64,000 nt of DNA from a virus. The notes beneath the pieces were generated by a model. That model was not told the DNA's origin. It did not search any database and saw nothing but the letters and a program-made list of their open reading frames with translations. Below are positions 47,154 through 56,129 of this stretch, piece after piece. Each line of letters begins with the position of its first letter. Within the stretch, counting starts at the first letter, position 1. The position numbers and the translations under genes are program-made. The stretch spans positions 31,718 to 95,717 of the IMG/VR virus record IMGVR_UViG_3300027835_000143. One strand, 5' to 3'.

Positions 47154-49383
47154 GGCGTCGGATGACTGGCAGCTCGGCATGTCGTTCGACGCCGAGACCG
47201 GCGCCGAGACAGTCGTCCCGATCGACGTACCTGGTGTCGCCGAGCCGGACCCACTCGACGAGATCCTGGCTGCGCCGTCGGCCGCGCCGTTCGTCTTCGA
47301 CGGTGTTCCGTTCGGGTCCGTCGGTGAGCTGCTCGCCGAGTGCGTGCCTGACGTGGACGCGGAGGTCGGCCTGGCGACCGACGCCGCGCCTCCTGAGGAG
47401 CCGGACGAGGATCTGTCACTGAACACGCGCGTCTGCATCGTCGATGCAGACGCGCAGGCGCCGACGGTCATGGCAGCCGGCATGGGCGACGCGAAGCTGA
47501 CGCAGACCTACCTCGGTGATGAGCGGACCGGGTCGCATCGGTTCGACATCGCCGGTGCGCGCCGCCTCGTCGTGCCTCCTGATAAACCTGCGCCGACGGT
47601 GATGGCTGGTGGGATCGGATCGGTAAATACCTCGCAATACACCGACGGTGTATTGCGAGGGAGCGCTGCTGAGGACGGCGTAAAGCCTCAGTACCGCATC
47701 CCGCTGATGCGTGAGATCGCCGCCGTCCAGTCGAATGGGCTGCTCGCCGTGTCGACGTTTACCGGCTGCGGCGGCAGCGACCTCGGGCTAGAGATGGCCG
47801 GCTACGACGTCCTGTGGGGCAACGAGTTCATACCTGCCGCGCAGGACACGTTCCGCGCGAACCACCCGCGGTCGCTGCTGGATACGCGAGACATCCGGAC
47901 CGTGACCGGCGCGGAGATCACGGCCGCGCTCGGCGGCAGGGAGATCGACCTGTTCGTCGGCTCACCTCCGTGCGCGTCGTTTAGTACGGCAGGTAAGGGC
48001 AGCAAGGGCTGGGGCCAGGTGCGGTCCTACAGTGACACGAAGCAGCGGACGGATGATCTGTTTGAGCAGTACATCAGACTCGTGGATGAACTGCGCCCAC
48101 GCGCGTTCGTAGCTGAGAACGTCGCCGGGATGGTGAAGGGCGTCGCGGTCGGGTTCTTCAGGCGCTACCTGCGGAAAATGCGGACGCTGCCGTACAACGT
48201 CGAGGCCAGGCTCTTGGATGCGCAGTGGCTCGGTGTCCCGCAGCGGCGCGTGCGGCTGATCTTTATCGGCGTGCGGAAGGATGTCGGCCGACCGGCGTGG
48301 CCGCGGAAGCTGGCGCACCGTTACTCGATCCGTGAGGCGATCCCATGGATTACCTCCGCGACGGCGAAGGGGCACAGCGACAGCGACTGGCAGAAGCCGG
48401 AAGATCGGATGAACGCTGAGGCACCGTGTCCGACGGTGCCTACTGGTGACAGCATGGGCTCCTTCTACGGCCATAACGTTGAACGAGTTACGATCCAAGA
48501 GGACGACTACGGAGAAGGCGTCGGCCGCCTGCGCAGCATTGATGCGCCTGGTGGGATCGGCGCGAATCGCGCCGATCCCAGAGACTTACCGCGCGTCATC
48601 TACGATGAGGGCTATAAAGGAACGCCGCCGAGAGACGTAACAGATGCCCCGGCGCCGACCATAAAGGTCGGCGCCGGGAGTTTATGTTCAACGCATTTCA
48701 TCGTTGACGGTGGCGGTCCCCCTGATGCCGATACGGTCCTCGGCGACAAGCGGCTGCAATCTATTTCGGACCGCCAGTGTGACGTTGTGATCGAGGGCTC
48801 ACACGGCTATGACGGCCACGCGCCGAGGTCTGTTGATGAACCGTCGGAAACGATCACCAACCGGACGCTGAGTGTTATCACTCAGCGTCCGGTTGAGACG
48901 GTCATCACCGATCGGAGCGGTTCGCAATTCCACCGGATTGATTCAAGCATCGACGAGCCGGCCGTTACGATTAAGGCGACGGAGTCGATGCAGGCGCTGC
49001 TCGACGAGCAGCGCCTGCATGAACCGAGCTACGGTGTGGAACCGCAGAGCGCCTTAGGGAACGCGGTCGGACTGGAGTGGGATAAGTTGCAACCAGGTGA
49101 GCAGAGCGATAAGTACCTGAGCCTGATCCGGCCTCACCCAGATGACGTGTGTCCGACGGTCACGCAACTCGGCGGTACGTCAGCTGCATCCGTCACGCAT
49201 CCGTTAGAGCGGCGAAAGTTCACCATCGCCGAGCTGCGCCGCATCTGTGGGTTCCCGGACGACTTCGTCTTGACCGGCACGTACTCGCAGCAGTGGGAGC
49301 GGCTCGGCCGCGCCGTGCCGCCACCGATGATGCGCGCGGTCGGCGAGGCGCTGGTCGCGGTGCTCAAGAAGGACGGCGCCTAA
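47140..49383 (+). CDS. C5-cytosine DNA methyltransferase homologue, predicted carboxymethyltransferase
   Basis: Motif I FTGCGG, IV GSPPC, VI ENV, VIII QRRVR, IX R..TIAE..R...FPD, X LGRAVPP (Arg for the usual Asn). Confidence 0.88.
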   Translation: MAKRRASDDWQLGMSFDAETGAETVVPIDVPGVAEPDPLDEILAAPSAAPFVFDGVPFGSVGELLAECVPDVDAEVGLATDAAPPEEPDEDLSLNTRVCIVDADAQAPTVMAAGMGDAKLTQTYLGDERTGSHRFDIAGARRLVVPPDKPAPTVMAGGIGSVNTSQYTDGVLRGSAAEDGVKPQYRIPLMREIAAVQSNGLLAVSTFTGCGGSDLGLEMAGYDVLWGNEFIPAAQDTFRANHPRSLLDTRDIRTVTGAEITAALGGREIDLFVGSPPCASFSTAGKGSKGWGQVRSYSDTKQRTDDLFEQYIRLVDELRPRAFVAENVAGMVKGVAVGFFRRYLRKMRTLPYNVEARLLDAQWLGVPQRRVRLIFIGVRKDVGRPAWPRKLAHRYSIREAIPWITSATAKGHSDSDWQKPEDRMNAEAPCPTVPTGDSMGSFYGHNVERVTIQEDDYGEGVGRLRSIDAPGGIGANRADPRDLPRVIYDEGYKGTPPRDVTDAPAPTIKVGAGSLCSTHFIVDGGGPPDADTVLGDKRLQSISDRQCDVVIEGSHGYDGHAPRSVDEPSETITNRTLSVITQRPVETVITDRSGSQFHRIDSSIDEPAVTIKATESMQALLDEQRLHEPSYGVEPQSALGNAVGLEWDKLQPGEQSDKYLSLIRPHPDDVCPTVTQLGGTSAASVTHPLERRKFTIAELRRICGFPDDFVLTGTYSQQWERLGRAVPPPMMRAVGEALVAVLKKDGA

Positions 49384-50861
49384 TGTGCGGCGTCGTGGCG
49401 GCTTTCGATCTCGGCACGGTTGAGCGCGGCGTCGAGGCGACTCGCCATCGCGGGCCGGACGCGATGGGCATCGTCCAGCACGGAGGCGTCGCGCTCGGCC
49501 ACGCGCGTCTCGCCGTCGTCGACCTGGACCCGCGCAGCGACCAGCCGTTCGTCGTCGGTCGCACGACGCTCAGCTACAACGGCGAGGTCTGGAACCACAA
49601 GGCCGTGCGCGCGGAGCTGCAGGCGCTCGGGCGCCGGTTCAGGACGGCCGGCGACACGGAAGTGGTCGCGACGGCGTTGGACGAGTGGGGCTGGGAAGGG
49701 CTCCTGCGGCTGGACGGGATGTTCGCTGCGGCGTGGACGCACGGTGATGGGCAGCTCTGGCTGGCGCGGGACCGGTTCGGCGAGATCCCGCTGCACTACA
49801 CGGAGACGGCCGCGGCCAGCGAGCTGAAGGTCCTGCAGGCGGCCGGCCGGATGGGGCCGGCCAGCTACGTGCCACCAGGAGCGGTCGTGGTCCTCGGCAA
49901 TGCTAGCGCAAGCCGGTCGTTCTCCTTTCACACCAACGGGCAGCCTGAGCCGTCAGCGCTGGGATTTGAGGCAGCTGCCTCCGCCGTCCGGTCGGCCGTC
50001 ATCCGTGGGGTGGCAGACCGGACCATGGCCGACGTGCCGGTCTGCGCGCTGCTGTCCGGAGGGCTGGACTCGACCGTCGTGGCGTGGTCTGCGCTGCAGG
50101 CGATGCCGGCCTTGGTGACCTACGTGGCCGTGCAGGATCGTCGATCCAGCGACCTCAGGATGGCTAGGATGGCTGCTTCCGACCTCGGCGTGGACCTGCG
50201 CGAGGTCGACATCCCGGCGCCGACGCCGACAGACCTGGCGCGGACGGTCGCGGCCATCGAGCTGCCGCACAAGGCGCAGGTCGAGATCGGCTGGGCCTGC
50301 CTGGTCCTGGCAGCGCGGATCCGGTCGGACGGGTTCAAGGTCGTGTTCTCCGGCGAGGGCTCGGACGAGCTGTGGGGGTCGTACGGGTTCGCCTACCACG
50401 GCATCAAGGCCGAGGGCTGGCACGCGTACCGGCGCCGGCTGTTCCTTGACCAGCACCGGAAGAACTTCGCGCGCTGCAACAAGGCGTTCATGACGGCCGG
50501 CGTCGAGTGCCGGTTGCCGTTCCTGCACCCGCCGCTCGTCGACCTGGCGTGGAGCCTGCCGGAGACGTCCGTCCGACGCGACCGGCGACCGAAGGCCGTG
50601 CTTGAGGAAGCGTTCAAGGACGTGGTGCCGCGCGCGATCCTGCGTCGCGCGAAGGTGGCGTTCCAGGAAGGGCTCGGGATGCGCGAGGCGGCGGCGGCGG
50701 CCGTGGACGCGCCGGCGACGTTCTACCGCGAGACGTTCGAGAGGATGTATGGTGAGACCGTTGATCGTCGGCGAGGCGCCGGCGCGGACAGGGGATCCAC
50801 GGAGGCCGATCACGGGCGCGTGCGGCCGGAAGCTGGCGACGCTCAGCGGGATCTCTTTTGA
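49383..50861 (+). CDS. asnB: Asparagine-synthetase-like glutamine amidotransferase
   Basis: N-terminal CG, HRGPD, H.RL, NGE..N, DTE, RDRFG, LSGGLDS, GEGSDEL, E.RLPFL. Confidence 0.9.
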   Translation: MCGVVAAFDLGTVERGVEATRHRGPDAMGIVQHGGVALGHARLAVVDLDPRSDQPFVVGRTTLSYNGEVWNHKAVRAELQALGRRFRTAGDTEVVATALDEWGWEGLLRLDGMFAAAWTHGDGQLWLARDRFGEIPLHYTETAAASELKVLQAAGRMGPASYVPPGAVVVLGNASASRSFSFHTNGQPEPSALGFEAAASAVRSAVIRGVADRTMADVPVCALLSGGLDSTVVAWSALQAMPALVTYVAVQDRRSSDLRMARMAASDLGVDLREVDIPAPTPTDLARTVAAIELPHKAQVEIGWACLVLAARIRSDGFKVVFSGEGSDELWGSYGFAYHGIKAEGWHAYRRRLFLDQHRKNFARCNKAFMTAGVECRLPFLHPPLVDLAWSLPETSVRRDRRPKAVLEEAFKDVVPRAILRRAKVAFQEGLGMREAAAAAVDAPATFYRETFERMYGETVDRRRGAGADRGSTEADHGRVRPEAGDAQRDLF

Positions 50862-51195
50862 CGCGTTCGTCAGGCGCTTCGCGCGCGCGAACGTCCTGCA
50901 GGCGTGGCCTGGGGCCGCAGGCAAGGGGTCGTCATTCCCGATCGCCGAGGCGATGGTAGGGTCGGATCGGATTCGGCGGCGGTTCACGCGAGGGCGCACG
51001 GTCGTCGTCCTCGGTCACAGGGCGGCGTCGGCGCTCGGCGTCTTCGGCGCGACGTACTTTCGGCCGGTCACGATCCGCGGCGCGACGGTCGTCGTCGTGC
51101 CGCATCCGTCTGGAGTCAACAGGTGGTACAACTCGCGCGCGAATGCCAGTCGGATGGGACGGTTCATGCGCGCGCTCGCGAAGGGAGAGCGATAG
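50749..51195 (+). CDS. Uracil-DNA glycosylase superfamily protein
   Basis: IVGEAP, G..G..L, N, VVVLG, HPSG.NRWYN. Confidence 0.7.
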   Translation: MVRPLIVGEAPARTGDPRRPITGACGRKLATLSGISFDAFVRRFARANVLQAWPGAAGKGSSFPIAEAMVGSDRIRRRFTRGRTVVVLGHRAASALGVFGATYFRPVTIRGATVVVVPHPSGVNRWYNSRANASRMGRFMRALAKGER

Positions 51196-51202
51196 GATCG
51201 CG

Positions 51203-51349
51203 ATGGTTGTCTACTGCGTGACTAATGCGTGGCGCATGAAAATTAGCGCGGCGCATCTCGGTAAGACTCGATCCGTCGAACACCGCAGGCGGATCAGTGA
51301 AGGAATGCGCGGGAAGAAGCGAGGTCCGTATGCCAGAAACGCGCGATAA
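51203..51349 (+). pseudogene. Internally deleted GIY-YIG/NUMOD3 homing endonuclease relic
   Basis: MVVYCVTN start fused directly to KISAAHLGKTRS.EHRRRISE...GKK repeats. Confidence 0.55.
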
Positions 51350-52061
51350 AACAATGCCTGTCGGGAAATGGGAGTTCAACGATGACGTTACCAACGCATT
51401 TTCGGACATGCTGCAGCGGTCGATCCCGCAGTATGACGTCATGCGTGACGCCGTGCTGTCCGTCGGCAGGCAGTTCGCGCAGCAGCGGACGCACGTTCTC
51501 GACATCGGCTGCTCGCGCGGCGAGGCGCTGGCGCCGTTCGTCGAGGAGTTCTACCCGAAGCCGAAGTTCATCGACAAGTTCGTCGGCGTCGAGATCAGCG
51601 AGCCGATGCTCGCGGCGGCGCGCAAGCGGTTCGAGGGCCACGTCGCCAACGGCATCGTCGAGATCCTGCCGATGGACCTGCGCGTGGAATACCCGCAGGT
51701 CCGCGCGTCCGTGACGCTGTCCGTGTTCACGCTGCAGTTCATTCCGATCGAGCACCGGCAGCGCGTCGTGCAGGACGTCTACGACCACACGGTCCACGGC
51801 GGCGCGTTCATCCTCGTCGAGAAGGTCCTCGGCGAGACGGCGCGGCTGGACCGCGTCATGGTGGAGCGGTACTACCGGATGAAGGCGGACAACGGCTATT
51901 CGCAGGAGGCGATCGAGCGGAAGCGCCTGTCGCTCGAGGGCGTCCTCGTGCCGGTCACGGCGTCGTGGAATATGGAGCTGCTACGCCAGGCCGGGTTCAA
52001 GGAGATCGACACGTTCTGGGCCTGGATGAACTTCCGCGGCTTCGTCGGCGTGAAACGATGA
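51330..52061 (+). CDS. cmoA: Carboxy-S-adenosylmethionine synthase (CmoA-like)
   Basis: W.F...V...F.DM..RSIP.Y, DIGCS.G, FTLQF, EK, K..NGYS...I..KR.SLE.V. Confidence 0.85.
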   Translation: MPETRDKTMPVGKWEFNDDVTNAFSDMLQRSIPQYDVMRDAVLSVGRQFAQQRTHVLDIGCSRGEALAPFVEEFYPKPKFIDKFVGVEISEPMLAAARKRFEGHVANGIVEILPMDLRVEYPQVRASVTLSVFTLQFIPIEHRQRVVQDVYDHTVHGGAFILVEKVLGETARLDRVMVERYYRMKADNGYSQEAIERKRLSLEGVLVPVTASWNMELLRQAGFKEIDTFWAWMNFRGFVGVKR

Positions 52062-52372
52062 ACGTCATGGCGAACGTCAGGGCGTCAGATCCGGACACGA
52101 GCCACGCCGCCGCCGTACGTGGTCCGGAGGTGCGACGGAAGGACCTCGACACCGCGCTCGCGCACCTGCGCCAGGCCGGGCAGGCTGGATTGACGGACTT
52201 CGAGCTGGCCGCAAAGATGAACAGGCAGCAGACCAGCGCCGGAAAGCGGCGCGGCGAACTCCGCGACGCCGGTCTCGTGCGCGACAGCGGCCGTCGTCGT
52301 CGCGCGCCGAGCGGCAGTTCTGCCATCGTGTGGGAATCCGTCCCACAGCAAGGAGACTTATGGGTTCGCTGA
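52058..52372 (+). CDS. Winged-HTH protein
   Basis: R.SDP.TS..AA, GLTD.ELA, RR.EL...GLV.DSG. Confidence 0.7.
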   Translation: MNVMANVRASDPDTSHAAAVRGPEVRRKDLDTALAHLRQAGQAGLTDFELAAKMNRQQTSAGKRRGELRDAGLVRDSGRRRRAPSGSSAIVWESVPQQGDLWVR

Positions 52373-52815
52373 ACAAGGTGATCGCGATCGGCAACCTCGG
52401 GCGTGACTGCGAGATGCGCTACACGCCGGGCGGGCAGGCCGTCGGGACGTTCAGCATCGCGTGCACGGAGGCCTGGACGGACCGCGAGAGCGGCGAGAAG
52501 AAGGAGCGGACCGAATGGATCCGTTGCGTCCTCTGGGGCAAGCAGGCGGAGAGCCTGCAGGAGTACCTGAAGAAGGGGAAGCAGGTCGCGATCGAGGGGT
52601 CGATGCAGACGCGGTCCTGGGACGACAAGGACGGGAACAAGAAGTGGATGACGGAGGTCAAGGTCCACCGCGTGACGCTGCTCGGCGGCGGGCCGCGGAG
52701 CGACCGTGGCCGGGACGAACAGCCGGCGCGGAACGACGACGCCGGGGCGCAGCCGGAGTACGCGGCGGACCCGTCGGCGATGACGCCGGTCACAGACGAC
52801 TACATCCCGTTCTAG
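52360..52815 (+). CDS. ssb: Single-stranded DNA-binding protein
   Basis: LNKV..IGNLGRD.E.RYT, TEW, KG..V.IEG..QTR.W, C-terminal DDYIPF. Confidence 0.97.
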   Translation: MGSLNKVIAIGNLGRDCEMRYTPGGQAVGTFSIACTEAWTDRESGEKKERTEWIRCVLWGKQAESLQEYLKKGKQVAIEGSMQTRSWDDKDGNKKWMTEVKVHRVTLLGGGPRSDRGRDEQPARNDDAGAQPEYAADPSAMTPVTDDYIPF

Positions 52816-52824
52816 AGGGACACG

Positions 52825-53043
52825 ATGACCGAAAAGCAGCAGTTCGAGGCCATGCTCACGCGCGCAGGCGTGGTCTTCAGCACCGACGACGCAACAGGGG
52901 AGTTGACCGTCGTCGCCAAGGACGGAGAGCAGATCGCCTTAAAGAAACCTGGCGCGCCGCACAACCTCGGATACTCAGGGTTTATGGCAGTGTTCCGGTT
53001 TACGCCAGCCGGCCTGCTGGCGGACGTCGGGATCTGGGAATAG
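52825..53043 (+). CDS. Small phage protein (intact paralogue of 42855)
   Basis: GYSGF...F.F...G.L..VGIWE. Confidence 0.65.
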   Translation: MTEKQQFEAMLTRAGVVFSTDDATGELTVVAKDGEQIALKKPGAPHNLGYSGFMAVFRFTPAGLLADVGIWE

Positions 53044-53141
53044 GAATGCGGATAGGAACGCGCAGCGTCCTTTTCGTGTGGTACCGAAATGTGCAGGACT
53101 ACGTGCGCCGTTGGGTCGATGTGCACAAGGACGGCCGATAG

Positions 53142-53486
53142 ATGGCGACGAACGCAGGCCGTGGCGCGTACTATAAGGGCCGCTCGAAGAAGCACTTGGA
53201 GCGCGCCGGCTATCAAGTCGCAGACATGGAACTCGTGCGGACTGTCTGGACTCCAAATGGCCCTGTGCCGACGAAGCGCGATCAGTGGGGCTCGGACCTT
53301 GTGGCAAAGAATAGTTCGGAGACTGTCTATGTTCAGGTTAAGAGCGTAGCTATGCGACGCAGGCCAGACGTTGCGGCTGCTATGCGGGCTTTCATCGCCG
53401 CTGGGCCGTGGCCACCACACACGCGTCGAGTAGTGCATGTGTGGCGTAAGTTCGATGCTGCCCCGGAGGTGATCGAGTGTCCGTGA
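53142..53486 (+). CDS. PD-(D/E)xK nuclease, Holliday junction resolvase-like
   Basis: G..Y......LE..GY.V, D.WG.DLVA, YVQVK. Confidence 0.7.
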   Translation: MATNAGRGAYYKGRSKKHLERAGYQVADMELVRTVWTPNGPVPTKRDQWGSDLVAKNSSETVYVQVKSVAMRRRPDVAAAMRAFIAAGPWPPHTRRVVHVWRKFDAAPEVIECP

Positions 53487-54808
53487 CCGTGCCGACTGTC
53501 GACCGGGTGCTCCCACACGATCTCGAGGCCGAGCGGTCGATCCTCGGCGCGATCCTCGTCGAGAACTCCGGCTGGGCGAAGGCCGCAGCCATCATCGCCG
53601 GTGCGTCCTTCTACCGCGACGCACACCGGCGGATCTGGGAGGCGATGCAGCGGCTCGCCGCCGCCGGGTCGGCGCTGGACTTCGGACTGCTCCGGAGCGA
53701 GCTGCACCGGACTGGCGAGGAGGACGAAGTCGGCGGGGCCGCCTATATCGCGTCGCTCGTAGATGGCGTGCCTCGCTCCGTGAACGTCGAGCACTACTGC
53801 CGCGTCGTCCGCGCCAAGGCGCTCCTCCGGGAGACGATCTACGCGGCGAACCAGATCCTGACGAACGCGTACGACGCGGAGACGGACCCAGCGATGATCG
53901 TCGAGGACGGCGTCACGCGGCTGCTCTCGCTCGCGCGTCCGGAGTCCGCTGGCCCAGTCCGGATCGGCACCGCGGCGCTCGACTACCTGCTCGAGCTGGA
54001 GACGCCGCCGGAGGCCGGCCTCTCTGTCGCGACCGGGTTCGCCGACCTCGACGAGATGCTCCTCGGCGGCTTCCAGCGGAAACGGCTCGTGATGATCGCC
54101 GGCCGTCCGGGAATGGGCAAGACCACGCTGGCGATGAACATCGCCGAGCACGCCGCAGAGTCCGGCGGGTCTGTCGTCGTGTTCTCGCTGGAGCAGGATA
54201 GGCGCGCGCTCGCCGAGATGGCAGTCGCGCGGCAGGCCGGAATCGACTCGCACAGGCTCCGGGCGCGCGCGATCGGGCAGAAGGACGGCGTGCGGCTCGC
54301 GGCCGCGGTGGAGCGGCTCGGGCGGATGCGGCTGCTCATCGTCGACGACGTCCTGACCCAGACGCAGATGCAGGCGTGGGCGCGGCGGCTCAGCGAGGAG
54401 CACGAGGCGCGCCTTTTCATCGTCGACTACCTGCAGCTGATGGGTGACCTGAAGGCGCGCGACCGGCGGGTCGAGGTCGACCAGCTCTCTCGCGAGTTCA
54501 AGCGCATGGCGAAGGACCTCGACGCGGTCGTCGTCGTGCTCTCGCAGCTGACGCGCGGGCCGGAGCAGCGCGCGGACAAGCGTCCGCAGATGTCCGACCT
54601 GAAGGAGTCCGGGGCGTTAGAGGCGGACGCGGACCACATCGTGCTGATCTACCGTGACGACGCCTACAACCGTGACCCGAATAACCCTGAGGCCGGGATC
54701 GCGGAGCTGATCTTGGCGAAGAACAAGGGCGGGCCGACGGGCGTGGCGAGGGTAGCGTACATACGGGAGCAGTCGCGGTTCGCGAGCCTCGCGATGTGGA
54801 GCGAATGA
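53477..54808 (+). CDS. dnaB: Replicative DNA helicase
   Basis: PH.LEAE..ILG, TGF.DLD, GRPGMGKT, FSLE, VDYLQL, LSQL.R, SDL.ESG.LE.DAD, AKN..G.TG. Confidence 0.96.
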   Translation: MSVTVPTVDRVLPHDLEAERSILGAILVENSGWAKAAAIIAGASFYRDAHRRIWEAMQRLAAAGSALDFGLLRSELHRTGEEDEVGGAAYIASLVDGVPRSVNVEHYCRVVRAKALLRETIYAANQILTNAYDAETDPAMIVEDGVTRLLSLARPESAGPVRIGTAALDYLLELETPPEAGLSVATGFADLDEMLLGGFQRKRLVMIAGRPGMGKTTLAMNIAEHAAESGGSVVVFSLEQDRRALAEMAVARQAGIDSHRLRARAIGQKDGVRLAAAVERLGRMRLLIVDDVLTQTQMQAWARRLSEEHEARLFIVDYLQLMGDLKARDRRVEVDQLSREFKRMAKDLDAVVVVLSQLTRGPEQRADKRPQMSDLKESGALEADADHIVLIYRDDAYNRDPNNPEAGIAELILAKNKGGPTGVARVAYIREQSRFASLAMWSE

Positions 54809-55040
54809 GATTGATTTCGAGTTGCGCGGTTCCGGCTTCGGCCGGCGCGGGTCAGGACGAGTCGTCAAATCAGATAGCTAACCTGTATCGGAGGGGTGAC
54901 TCTCGGATCTGGATGTGGCAGTCGGGTACTGATGATGAGGATCTGAAGAGAGCCCGCGGGACCGGTGTGTTACCGTGTCCGGCCGCGCGCGTTTTACTAA
55001 CGGCTCCGGAAAGGGGCTATACTTGCCGCCGATCCTGTAC

Positions 55041-55337
55041 ATGCTGACGCCAGCCGCGCTGGTCACGTCGCTCGCCGTCGTCGCAATCGTCCTGACGGCG
55101 TCATACGCCATCATCCGCGTCATCGTGCGCCTCCGCGCCGGCCGGCCGGACCGGCTCGCCGACAAGCTGATCGCGGCGAACGCCTTCCGGTACCGCGACG
55201 GCATGCGGACGCAGGACCGGCTAAAGACGGACACGGCCGGCGAGCGCGTCTGGCAGGCGGCTGTCCGGGCGCAGCGAAAGGCGCGTAAGAGCAAGCCGGC
55301 CGCGAAGGCGCCGGCGAAGCCGAGGCTCGTCGCGTGA
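55041..55337 (+). CDS. Membrane-anchored basic protein
   Basis: N-terminal TM helix; TATACT at 55018 upstream. Confidence 0.45.
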   Translation: MLTPAALVTSLAVVAIVLTASYAIIRVIVRLRAGRPDRLADKLIAANAFRYRDGMRTQDRLKTDTAGERVWQAAVRAQRKARKSKPAAKAPAKPRLVA

Positions 55338-55552
55338 GCACGGTCGCGACACGCCACCGTACCGACCACAGGCTCGACACAGTGCCGGAGCGGCCGCTAA
55401 CGGATGGCGAGCTGCACCGGCTCGGCGTCCTCGTCAACCAGCGGCTCGACATCGGCTCGATCCTAGGCGCCGACGTCGACACGTCAACCCTCGTCCTTAT
55501 CCGGCGGCTTATCGGGACTGAACGCGCGCGGCGGCTGCATGGCGGTACGTAA
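55334..55552 (+). CDS. Hypothetical protein
   Basis: GTGA overlap. Confidence 0.4.
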   Translation: MSTVATRHRTDHRLDTVPERPLTDGELHRLGVLVNQRLDIGSILGADVDTSTLVLIRRLIGTERARRLHGGT

Positions 55553-56129
55553 GAAAGATTCCATCGCGGCACCGTACGGCAACCGTATCGTCGGGACGGC
55601 GATGGTTCCTGCCGGGCAGCTCCTCGCGAACGAGCTGAACCCGTTCGTCCATCCGAAGCCGCAGCAGGACGTCCTCGACGGCATGCTCACGCGCGTCGGC
55701 TTCGTCCAGCACGTGCTCGTCAACCGCCGGTCAGACCAGTCATGGGGCCAGCAGCGCGGCGTCGAGGCGGTGATCGACGGGCACCTGCGCGTCGAACTCG
55801 CGCTCACGCGCGGCGAGGAAACGGACGTGCCGGTCGCGTACGTCGACTGCACCGCCGATGAAGAGCGCGCGCTCCTACTGTCGATCAATCCGATCGCGAC
55901 AATGGTCGTGCCGGACGCAGCGAAGATCGCCGAGATGGCGCTCGAGCTGCCGGAGGACCTACGCGCGTTGACGGAGGTCCTCCGGCAGGAGCGGAAGGGC
56001 GCGCGCCGGACGGTCGTGTTCGAGACGACGGAGTGTAACCGCGTGGTCGTCGACTGCGAGTCGGCTGCGCAGCAGCAGGCCCTGCTCATCAGGCTCTCAG
56101 GCGAGGGCTACGCGTGCAGGGCGGAATGA
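55539..56129 (+). CDS. ParB/Srx-like N-terminal domain protein
   Basis: N..NP..H...Q, VG....V.VN, IDGHLR, VPV.YVD....E. Confidence 0.75.
   Translation: MAVRKKDSIAAPYGNRIVGTAMVPAGQLLANELNPFVHPKPQQDVLDGMLTRVGFVQHVLVNRRSDQSWGQQRGVEAVIDGHLRVELALTRGEETDVPVAYVDCTADEERALLLSINPIATMVVPDAAKIAEMALELPEDLRALTEVLRQERKGARRTVVFETTECNRVVVDCESAAQQQALLIRLSGEGYACRAE

Noticed and set aside
49383-50861. Asparagine synthetase as an amino-acid auxiliary metabolic gene
   Set aside because: Coupled (TAATG) to the DNA MTase; amidation of a modified base fits the context better
51330-52061. CmoA as a tRNA wobble-modification gene
   Set aside because: No CmoB partner in the window; the neighbour is a DNA MTase with the carboxy-SAM-type motif X change
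54928-54960. Hammerhead ribozyme at CTGATGA
   Set aside because: No stem II followed by GAAA in the required arrangement
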